Positions 1 through 10,545 of a stretch of 34,867 nt of DNA are shown in pieces (position 1 is the stretch's first letter; each line of letters starts with the position of its first letter). Source of the DNA: Selaginella moellendorffii (Eukaryota; Plantae; Lycopodiophyta); the NCBI RefSeq assembly GCF_000143415.4, contig NW_003314441.1, positions 1 through 34,867 of the forward strand. The letters are read 5' to 3'. The position numbers were made by a program, and so were the translations under genes. The notes beneath the pieces were generated by a model. The model saw only the letters and a list, made by a program, of their open reading frames with translations. It did no database searches and was not told the DNA's origin.

Positions 1-2117
1 AGTGAGATGAAAGAAATACATGGGTTTAATGTCGGAGAATGAAAATGGAAAATGTGAGCAACATTATCTTGGTAAGATGGAAAAACAATGTATACATTGT
101 AAGGCTCTTTTTTTTATGACAGAAAGTGTTTCAACTGTTGTTGTGATGGGAGAATATCAATTAAAAATTCACATCCTTTTCCTCAATTCATCCAGAAACT
201 GCTGGAAGAAACACCACAGCAAGGAAACTTTAAAGATTTAATACGAAATTATAATAGTGCATTAGTATTTGCATCAATGGGTGCAAACATCGAAGAGATT
301 GCAGTAGGTGGCCCTTATTATTTTAAAATACATGGACAAATTTATCATAATATTGGAAGTTTCAGACCAAACAATGGAAATATCATTGAGACAACATTAG
401 ACACAATACAAAAGGCTACCATCTTAAAAAATGTGATTCATCATCACTTAAAATTTTATTATTAATAAAGAAATCTATGGACCATTTTTTCATTTTCTGA
501 TATGTTATGGTTTTAGGGAAAAACAATATTATGAATCATCAATACCATAATATCAGGATAAAAACTTACCTTTCATTGAAAGATTTTAGCCTCAATATAA
601 ATTTATATAAGAAAAAATAAAACATAAAGGTAATAATCTTAATTCATTTTAGCATTCACTCTATATAAAAACATATACAGAAATAATATTAATTATATAA
701 AATATAATAATTTAACTTTTAGATAGTACTTCTAAAAAGTATAAATATAAATATTATGAAAAGAGAGGATATTGAATACAAATATGGAAAAAATTCTAAA
801 CTAAAAATATAATAAAATTTTAGAGAATAAGTTTAAATATATTTTAAAAATACTAAATATAATAAAGGAAAAAATAAAATATCTAAATTAGAATATAAAT
901 AAAACAGTTTCTATAAAATATGATATTTTATAACTTAAAATAGAGTAGTTAATAGTTCTAGATATTTTTTATGTAAAATATTTTTTTATTAGTAATCTTA
1001 TGTTATTTATTAGTATAAATATAAATTAAATTAAACTTATTGAGATGTCAATTGGGTAAGACGTAGTCTAAGATTTATAGAATATCATAAATTTTCTACC
1101 ACTTTATCCTACATGGTATTTATACATGAAAAACATAATAAGGTATAAATATGATTGAGAAAAAATTAGTACATGGACCATATAAAGAAATTTAAATATA
1201 TTATATTAAACCTTCTATATACCATTCATGAATTTTCTGATATATTATAGTTCTAGCATAACCATTCATTTATCATCATAAAATTTCAGCATTCATAACA
1301 GTGCTATAAAGCCTTAATTATAAATATAAATACATGAATATAGGGAGATAATAATCTTATTTCAGATTTATAAAAACAACTACAGAAATAATGTTTATGA
1401 TATATAATAGAATACTTTCTATTTTAAATATTACTCTCAAAATGCATGAATATAAATATTAGGTAAAAAAGGAATATCAATGATAAATATGTAAAATATT
1501 ATAATTTTATAAAAGAAAATATAACACATAAAGCTAACGTCTTTCACTTATTGTTATGCAATTCCAGAACTTTCAGTCTGAAATGATGAAAAGAGAAACT
1601 CCATAACAATGTTTATATTTTTTAAATTTAAAAGATGTATGCACTTTAGGTGAGTTTTTAAATATATATTAAATATATTTTTAACATCATTATAATTGAG
1701 TGTACCTAAGTAACACATACTGTATTAAGAGGAGAAATTATATAGTTTAATAAATCATGAAATAATAAGATTTTTATCACTTATATAGAGATTTCAAATA
1801 AAAGATAAAATTAGTTAATAAAAAATGACTCATCTGAGCATTGGATCCCACAGTGAGAAATTCCATTTATAGAATATCCAAGACTTCAGTCAACAATCAG
1901 AATTTTAAATATGATATAATGTACTGAGTTATATTTATTATGTTATGATGTTTGTTGGTAATGGAGTCAATTGTTGAAGATATTTTTAATATAAATATTA
2001 TGTTATGTTTAACTATATATCTTATAATTATGATTATGTTAAAAATTACACTCTTTGAAATTATTAAAATATCAGAAATAAACACAATGCTCCCAGCGTA
2101 GCTGGGACTTTTGCTAG
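1..2117 (+). mobile_element. Non-autonomous Helitron, 5' part outside window
   Basis: Ends in hairpin TCCCAGC-GTA-GCTGGGA (2091-2107) followed by CTAG (2114-2117) and T. Contains a Rep/Hel remnant at 20-380. 379-2117 is repeated at ~18933-20676. Confidence 0.88.
20..380 (+). pseudogene. Helitron Rep/Hel N-terminal fragment (frameshifted, truncated)
   Basis: Motifs 'HYLGKMEKQCIHCKALFF' (Zn-finger-like), 'IRNYNSALVFASMGA' and 'GGPYYFKIHGQIYHNIGSF' are typical of Helitron helicase-like proteins. They are split across frames. Confidence 0.85.
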
Positions 2118-2760
2118 TACTTTTTATTTAAAGTTGCTATTTTGGCATCCATGTCACATATTCGATTTTTAGAATATTCATGTTTACTTATGGTGGATGC
2201 TCCCAATTGGACGGACTAAATCTGTGACGCTCCAAAAGAACGGTGAAGATCATTAGATGGTGGCAAAAACAGTGGTGCCTCTTGACATCTAGATTCGTAG
2301 CTTTGGAAATTTTAGGTTTATGAAGGAAACTGAATTTATTGAGCAAGATCCTGCAGTTCTTTGCAGATCTTGTGTATTGAAATTTGAAGCCAGGTATGGT
2401 GAATTTGTAATCACTTTTCTTATTTCTTTTTAAAACTAATGCAATGTCATTCTGTTGCAGTTTTCTATCATTAAAGAATTGAAAGGCAGAGAATATATGA
2501 GTGCTGTATTCTTGCAGTGGTCTGTGTGGAGTAAGATCCTAAGATTTTGTGATTTACAGCTGTTTTACAGTTTTGGAGCCGATGAAAATATTCAGTGTTT
2601 GTTTAATGAGAACTGACGCATTCTCAAACGGAGATTGTAAGGTGTTGCCACGTTCCTGGATGGGAACTCTTCTGTTGTAATGTCCAGTTGGGACTTGGTA
2701 ATTCTTTCCTCTCCATCTTAGAATTTGATCCAGTGTTTCTAAAAAGATGCTAAACTTACC

Positions 2761-3192
2761 ATGACGGTTGAATCTCTGGCAGCTATGGCTAGAGTGTCAG
2801 CGCAGGGATAAAAAAATTGAAGCTCTTGGTGGACATGAAGCTTGGAAGGGACAATTTTTACACTTTACTTCCATTGGTGGGAGTTGAGTCGAGAAGAACC
2901 GATCCATCACAGCCCTGAAGAACAGCAAAGTTAGCAGACCAGAATATAAATCTTGCAAAGCTCTCCCGTCGACGAAACAGTTGTGGAAGTGCAAGTGAAG
3001 AACTCCTGCTAGTATCGTCCTCTCCCAATCGGTGTGCTTGCTAAGGGTGTCCCTGATGATCCTCTCGGCTTGAGTACAGGATCTCAAGTAACTGTGGCAG
3101 CCATTCTTGTGTCCTCCACTCTCATCATGAGCCAAAACACCCAAGCTCAGAGGCAGAAGCAAAACCAAAATGTTCCCTCTCCAACTTCCCAT
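2761..3192 (-). pseudogene. Class III secretory peroxidase fragment (exons 1-2)
   Basis: Signal peptide, then 'SCTQAERII..AGVLHLHFHNCFVD' (consensus LLRLHFHDCFV). Exon 2 reads 'GCDGSVLLDST..V*KLSLP..TLAIAARDSTVM|GT'. Defects: TAA at 2858-2860, lost catalytic Arg, GG instead of GT at donor 1, internal deletion, no further exons seen. Confidence 0.85.
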
Positions 3193-3669
3193 CCTCGAGT
3201 ATTGCAGCTTGGCATGTCTTCTTCCTCCTCGAATTTTGATTGTTTACACGGTTAAAAAAAAATTTGTGTGTGTGTGTGTAACGAGGGAGGTCTTCCCTGC
3301 AGGGCACTGTGGAACCACCAGGACCTGAGGCACTCCTCTCCAGGGGGGATGCCTATGCACATTATCACACCACTGCCACCCACACAAAGAATGGGTATTC
3401 AACTGTACCTTCACATGCTGTTTTTGAAAATTGCAAGCCTTTTTGGTGCAGTGAGGGAAGAGTAAAATGTTCTAGACAAGAAAAAAAAAAAACAAAAGAG
3501 TGAAGTGGTGATCCACTATAAATTCTCTCTCACACACACACTTGATTTTATATCTGATATCAGTAGCACTAAAGAGGAGGAAAATTCTCTATTTGGACAC
3601 AGAGAATAACTACAAGTGCATGCACATATTTACATGATTCAGAGTCTGCCAAGCATGGAATTTAAGCCA

Positions 3670-3798
3670 ACCTTTGTGAAAGTAACAGTGATGATAGTGT
3701 AAGCTTTGCATTGCTTACTTGTTGCTTATTGCTCAGCAGGATTACTGGAGGAGAAGAGATGACTTGCAATAGGCCACTTATAGTCTCCATTGTTTATG
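3670..3798 (+). repeat. ~130 bp direct repeat, copy 1 (copy 2 at ~5349-5476)
   Basis: 'cctttgtgaaagtaacagtga..gtaagctttgcattgcttacttgttgcttattgctca.caggattactg.aggagaagagatgacttg' occurs at both sites and includes a GT-AG mini-intron. Confidence 0.9.
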
Positions 3799-4749
3799 CA
3801 ATGGAATCAAGGGTAATGGAATCCAGAAAGAAATAAAAAATTACATGCCTACCAGTGTACACTTATCAAAAGATCAGTAGAACAGCCTCAGTATATACCA
3901 AGAAGAGTTGAGTATTAGCAAACAACTGACCAAGATAAAGAGCTTTTAATTTTTTTAATATCATGACTGTTGTGCTCATTTTGAGATAGAACTTTTGTGA
4001 TCGTGTGAGTGCGTACATCCACACATAGCGATTCTAAGTAGCTTCTAAGAGTTTTCAAAAAACCATCCACTACCCGTGACTGCAATGTCAAAACAAACTC
4101 TCCTGATAATCTTCATTTGAACTCTTTTGGCAATATAAGTAGAGAAATGCCTGTTGTATAGAATCCAGTGGATGCTTAGAGCTGCAGTCGAGAATGCAAA
4201 TCGGGTGTGTATACGATGACAAGAATATGTCAACCCACCTGAAGATTGTTGGCCAGGACATGGAGGTGCTAATATTGTTTAATGCAGGAAACCAATGAGT
4301 TATGTGAGCAGATGGAAAGCCTGCAAATAGTGTTAATCAACAAGCTTTCTTGAAATAGCAAAATACAAAAGTGATGACAGTACAGCCAAGATGCAATCGC
4401 TACAGCTTGAATTGAGAAGGAAAAGAAGAAATGTGCTGCTAAGAGAAGACTGTGGGCTTTGATGAGACAGAAAAATTTAAGACCGAACAAGAGGTACTGA
4501 AGATTACGGAAGAACTTGAAAACGCATGGGAGTTGAACAGGTTTCTCAAAAAATACATAGCTGGCTTTAGATTAAAAAATGGATGTCAGTGTGCAAAAGT
4601 GGAAGTTGAGATGGCAGATGCAACTACTATAATGAACTGAGGGTGGACAAGGAACTCTAAAGATGATATGACACTTGATGCTGCAGCAATGAAAATGGAA
4701 CAGATTTTAGAGACTTCCTTGCCAGATTGTCCACCAAGCCATTTTGCTG

Positions 4750-5345
4750 TTATACCTCTTATATATTTTCTATAAGTCTTCTTGCTCATAACCTTATTTA
4801 ATCTGTCAGCATCTTCACATAGGTTTTATCATTAGTTTAAATACTGACGCATAGTTTACATAAATATTTTGTTATTGCTCTAGATTTTTTCTGCAATTGT
4901 ATTATGTCAATCCCTGAGAGTTGTTACCTAAGCATGACTAAAATATCCAGTTTTTTCATAAGGGTAAATTAAGTTTAAATGAATACAGAAATTAATTGTT
5001 TCCAAATAAAGCACAATTATGTGTCATATTTGCAAGATCCTCTGGAAAAGATAGAGAACAAATTTTTTTAAAATATAAAATATTAATACACCTCAAAAAC
5101 CTTTCCAACCAGAACATGCTTTAACATTAGATCAAGAATGTGTAATACATTTTGTAACTTTAAGATTACTATGAAAATTAAATGATCAAGAGACAAAATA
5201 CTTGTGAAAGAAAAACTTAAAATAAGGAGAAGGAAAGCTTGTCGAAATACAAGTTCAAAATACTAAAAAGACTGGTTTATATGAACTTCTTAGTAAAAGT
5301 GATTAGGCTATAATGTAGTAGAACAACTCCCAATTAAATATCCAG
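4750..5345 (+). repeat. AT-rich dispersed repeat; diverged inverted copy at ~11750-12605
   Basis: Reverse complements of 5281-5345, 5070-5140, 4990-5040 and 4760-4830 match 11755-11820, 11965-12035, 12180-12235 and 12530-12605 in collinear order. Confidence 0.75.
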
Positions 5346-5499
5346 ATTGCCTTTGTGAAAGTAACAGTGAATGATATAATGTAAGCTTTGCATTGCTTAC
5401 TTGTTGCTTATTGCTCAACAGGATTACTGAAGGAGAAGAGATGACTTGGGCCACCTATAGGCTCCATGGTTTATGTTGAGTACATAGCCTGATTATGCA

Positions 5500-6520
5500 G
5501 AGGTGCTGTTGATATAATATGCTTCTTTCAGTCTGCTGCAACATGAATGGTATTAAGTATTTTTCTAAGGTTTTGAAGTACTTGTTTTGACATGACATGG
5601 GATGCCAGGTGCAGGGGTTTTGGAGCTTTTTAGGCGCTGAAACAAGCTGGTTGTAAGCCAGACTGCATGATTTGTACTACACTAATCTCAATGTTGTTCA
5701 ACGGCTCTTAAGATGGATCTTATCTTTCAAGCAAGAAATCCTGGTCCTGTCCTTCGTTGGAGTAACTTGGTTCTAGCGCAGGTTTACCGTGAAAGGGAAA
5801 GTGTTGGTGTTGAAGCCAGCTTTCTTACATATGGAGCAATCATCGATGGCTGCACTTGAACTGGCGAACTCAGTATTGCTTTTGGAATTTACAGGATCAT
5901 GCTCTCAAAGGTTTACATCATTTGATTCAACAATTAGCAACAACTTTATGTGATCCATTGTCAGACACAAAATAAATCTGATTGAGTCATTTTCAACTAC
6001 CTAATCAATGCTTTGGTCAGGAGCAGTGAAAAGAGCATTCGAGGTCTTCACAGAGTTGAAGTTTGAAAGTCCTATAGATCCAAATCACGCCATAATGTGT
6101 TTTCTCATAGATGCATGCTCAAAAACAGGAGATGTAAGTGGTTTTTATGATTTCTATGGCTTTGTTGTGACAGCTAAATTTTTCAGGGAAACTCCACAGT
6201 TTACACCATGATGCACAAGTGTGGAATCCGAGGATCCCCAGAGCCTTATACAACAGCTGTTCATGCATGCAGCAGTCATTTTTCCATCTACAATGACATG
6301 AAGAAAGAACATGTGAAACCAGATGAGGTAATGATTTGCGATCTAATTTCATTTTGTGTGTTTACTTGATTTTCATTACGCAGATTTTCTTTAGTGCTTT
6401 GATTGATGTTGCTGGCCATGGTGGTAAATTCGACTGCACTTTTGTATTACAAGAAGTTGAAAAGTACTCTCTTATTCCTGGTGATGTGATATTCAGCTCC
6501 CTAACAGGAGTCTCTAGCAC
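5500..6520 (+). pseudogene. MRL1: PPR protein MRL1 (maturation of rbcL 1)-like pseudogene fragment
   Basis: Spliced fragments in the order of the MRL1 PPR tract: YNMLLSVC; LKQAGCKPDCMICTTLIS; TYGAIIDGCT*TGELSIAFGIYRIMLSK; KSD*VIFNYLINA; SGAVKRAFEVFTELKFESPIDPNH; IRGSPEPYTTAVHACS; IYNDMKKEHVKPDE; IFFSALIDVAGHGG. Contains stops (5857, 5983) and frameshifts. Confidence 0.82.
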
Positions 6521-8801
6521 TTGAGTCACTACAATGTTACTGCTTTGAACTTGATGAAATATTTCATGGCCAGACAGGGATATTTCTTTATGAAAATATA
6601 CAGGTGATGGAATACAACCCAGCATTCTTTTCAAATCATAAAGTATTTGAATTCAGGCTTTTACAGCTAACAAGAGCAAAGAGAAGCAGCATACCTGCCT
6701 ACAGACACACCTTTGAAGTCAGGAGATTTGTTTAATTTGGTTATTGAACACATTTTTTACATTATACTTGCTCATTTCGGAAAAGATTTTGAAGGAACGA
6801 CGATTCCTTGGAAGGATTGGTAATCTCATTCACAAGGATCAGGAGGCTCAGCATCTAAGAAGTCTGCTTCCATTGCTGCTATGTATATCGAGCTGAGAAA
6901 ACCTTGATGAAGTTTGCAGTACCATGAGAGTGGCCATGGGTTGTTCAAGCGCTTCGACCTTGCAGACCTCGTTTCTTTATGCTAGGAATTTCAGTAATCA
7001 CACTCTTAACTCCTACCAATCATACATGAGAGTAATCATAGGCATAGAAATGATTTTCCACTCACATATGTGTCTGATTTTGTTTATTTAGGTGACTGCA
7101 AACATGAGAGCAAACGATTCATTCAAGGTTAAATATTTTCATTCGCCCTTTTCACTTTGTTCCTGTTGATCACAAACAGGACAGCACTGTGGGCTCGCTG
7201 GGTGTTGCAAGCACCGGAGTGATATAATTCATGGCGATATGGGAAACTGAATGTAGTGAGTTCTTTTTTCTTTACCAGAGTTCTTTTCTCAAACTATTAT
7301 CATCAAAAATATCATTCACGGAAACAATGGAATGGAAAAGAACGCGCGTTCTAACCGGAGGAATGGTCGACTGTGCCTTAAATCTGAGCAAAGAAACTCG
7401 CACCCTATTTAATGCCAAGAGGATATTTCAAGGGACGAGAAATCTGATTATACTTGATGAGAAATCTGGAGATGCTGTTCCAGATAAAGCGAAAGGAGGA
7501 AGAAAGAGAGAACCATATGTTAAAAATCACGAAAAGCCTGGATGATGAATCCGTTCTCCAGAAAAGCAAGCAAACAAGTTTCGAGGCTTATTTTGTGTGC
7601 GGTGTTTCTCGAGTGAATGCATTTGAGACATCATTCTTTCCCACCTTGTGTTCTTTGGGTTTTCCTTGAGCTTGGTTTTTCTCTATTTCATTTTTGGGAC
7701 TACCACAGCTCTAATGAGTTTGTTGAAGCTTTCCAGGAACAGTGAGAAAGATGAAGCTCGACTTGGCGGTTGATCATTGTTCCCGTCTGAATAACAGCAA
7801 GAAAGTAGCGACCAAGTGGCTTTACAATTACCACCTGCAAAACGTATACGAGATTGAGATGGAACTCGCAGTTCTTGGCCACATAAAGCACCGCCATGGC
7901 ATGTTCTGACTTGTGCAAAAACACAAGTTCTCATGATCTTGTGGAAACAGTGATGCTCAATTGGGACGTGCACATGAATTGCTTGCTTTCGGCTTATGTC
8001 CACTATGTGCAATATCATGTATAATGTCTGGGCGAGACAACCAATCTGCGATATGTCATCATCTGTGAAGAAGAAACTAAGGTAAGAGAGATTGCTTCCT
8101 TTGAAAAAGATGAGATTGCCTGTAGAGAAGCTGGGTCCGAGAAGTATCCTGTGGTTAGAAAATGTGTAATCGTGGTGGCTGTCACTCCGGGAAAGGTAAA
8201 CCCATCATATAACTGTTTTGAAAAGGAACAGAAATAGAAACACGGTAATTGCAACATTCCCTCATACAACTGAGTAAATTACTGTGCCAATTCTACAAAA
8301 TTACATTCATTTTATGAATGTATTTTAACTCATTAAAGAGTTAGAAAACCCAAAACTATCAAAAGAAATACTTAATGACAATATATAATTAATAATACAG
8401 TGTAACTAATACACTCTCATATCTACTATATTATAATACTCCTTTAGAAACCTTTAGAAGAATAAACCATTAAAAGAAAGGAATAGTAAACTTGAATATG
8501 TAGTAGATAAAATCATACACTCTCATATCTACTATGATTGATATGGCTCTCTCATAATTTAATTTGTGTTATCATCATACTCCCTTATTTAAACGTGCTA
8601 TTGGCATATGGCATCCGGCGTCTTTTATTCCATTTTTAGAATATTATTTCTGAATATGCTTATAATCTAACGGTTCAAATTCAAAAACTTCAAATAGATG
8701 GCATAGATCAAAGTGCCAAGGGGTGGCAACTCTTCAAATTTGAATTTGATGACCCTCCAAATCAAGTGAATCTTTTAGGGCGATCGAGCAGATTGTGAGC
8801 T

Positions 8802-8805
<4 letters not shown>

Positions 8806-8885
<80 letters not shown>
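8806..8885 (+). repeat. Compound microsatellite (TC)n(GT)n
   Basis: Seen directly. It creates the spurious THTH/RERE ORFs on the minus strand. Confidence 0.97.
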
Positions 8886-8888
<3 letters not shown>

Positions 8889-9029
8889 GTGAACACAGCG
8901 GCAGGAGTGTGCGTACCCTTTGCAAAAGGCTGGATCGTTGATTGTTCATCGCCATTCACAACACACGCACAGGTCAATGGCGGACAGTCTGAAGAACACG
9001 ATCTCCAGCTCTGTGACAACTTCCCCACT

Positions 9030-10263
9030 GGCTGATGCTCCCGGATTTCTCACCCTGTCACGGATTTCTCCCGGATTTCTCTTGATCTCTGATGCTAACG
9101 TGGTTTCTGTTGCACAGGAGCGAGTAACAGAGGGCTGTTTGGGAGTTCAAGATTTTTTTTCTTTTGCTCATGTCCAGAAAACCAACGACCTTTGGGCTAA
9201 ACACTCTAAAGTCGTTTATCTAAACTCTCGGGATGCTATTAGAATGATTCATGAGCGCATGTTTAGTCTGATGACTTCTCCAGTTTTCTTGCTTGTTTGA
9301 AATGCAGATTCAAACTAGAGGCGAGAAACTGACTCCACCATTTTCATCCTGTCAAATCTCTTGATTTTGGTGACACAGGAAGGCAAGTTTTTTCATAGTC
9401 GTTTCTTATTTATGGGATTAAAAAGCCTTTTTGTGATGCAAGTGTACAATCCCTCCTGTTCACCATGTTGTGTGTGCCATACAATCTTGTCAAAGGAAAA
9501 ATATTTATACCCACTCAGTGGTCATGTCATTGTTTGATACGACTTTGGAAGTTCAAGAGACTGCAAATTTTATGGTACGTTTTCTCTTTCTTGTGTTGTT
9601 CTTGTTGACGATTTCTTTAGGCCAGAGATAGGCTGTGAGGTTTGGAGGTGACAGTGTTGTCAAGACATGATGCAGCTGCAGACCTGGTTCAGATGTATGC
9701 ATATTCTCAGTGCTTCTTTACATGTGCATATTTTACTGCCTCTTATTATGTACAACAAGGAGTACGTGCTTGGGCAGCTCATATATGGTCAAGCAACGAA
9801 GAGATTGCCTGGTGCTCCTGGATCTCTCATCCTGTCGCGTCAAGGGGTTGCAACAAGATTCCCAGCGTGCATATGGCTCTAGGTTTTAAAATGATCTCTC
9901 GTTTCTCTTGATCTCTGTGACTAACTTGTTCTTGTTGTGCAGGAGCGAGTAACAGAGGGTTGTTTGGGAGTTCAAGATTTTTTTTTCCTTTTGCTCGTGT
10001 CCAGACAAGACAACCAACGACCTTTGGGCTAAACACTGTCGTTTATCTAAACTCTTGGGATGCTATTAGAAAGATTCATGAGTGCATGTTTAGTCCGATG
10101 ACTTCTCCAGTTTTCGTGCTTGTTTTCAAACTAGTGGTGATAAACGGACTCCACCATTTTCGGCCTGTCAAATCTCTTGGTTTTGGTGACACAGGAAGGT
10201 GAGTTTTTTCATAGTCGTTTCTTATATATGGGATTAAAAAGCCTTTTTGTGATGCAAGTGTAA
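9030..10263 (+). repeat. ~420-450 bp direct duplication (~9030-9446 and ~9810-10263)
   Basis: Both copies share 'caggagcgagtaacagaggg.tgtttgggagttcaagattttttt...gggattaaaaagcctttttgtgatgcaagtgta'. Confidence 0.9.
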
Positions 10264-10445
10264 AATTAGTAGAGTTGAAAGGTTCCTGCCAGTATTTTGC
10301 CATGAAGAGCACGGATAAGAGCGTCATAATCAGCAGAAACAATGTGATATTTCTGACTTAAAACTTGCACTGATCTTTTGAACAGGTTAATTGCGCATGT
10401 GTTGAAAGAGAGATTCGGGAATTGATCTTGCTTTCTAAATTGACT

Positions 10446-10545
10446 NNNNNNNNNNNNNNNNNNNNNNNNNNNNNNNNNNNNNNNNNNNNNNNNNNNNNNN
10501 NNNNNNNNNNNNNNNNNNNNNNNNNNNNNNNNNNNNNNNNNNNNN
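10446..10545. other. Assembly gap (100 N)
   Basis: Run of N. Confidence 1.

Noticed and set aside
4045-4740. Coiled-coil-like and other short ORFs
   Set aside because: Riddled with stops and no recognisable family; counted only as unassigned cargo.
5857-5985. U-to-C RNA editing as an explanation for the TGA codons at Arg positions
   Set aside because: This is a nuclear, spliceosomal-intron sequence that also has frameshifts; CpG decay is simpler.
8734-9028. ORFs with THTH/RERE repeats
   Set aside because: Translation of the (TC)n(GT)n microsatellite.
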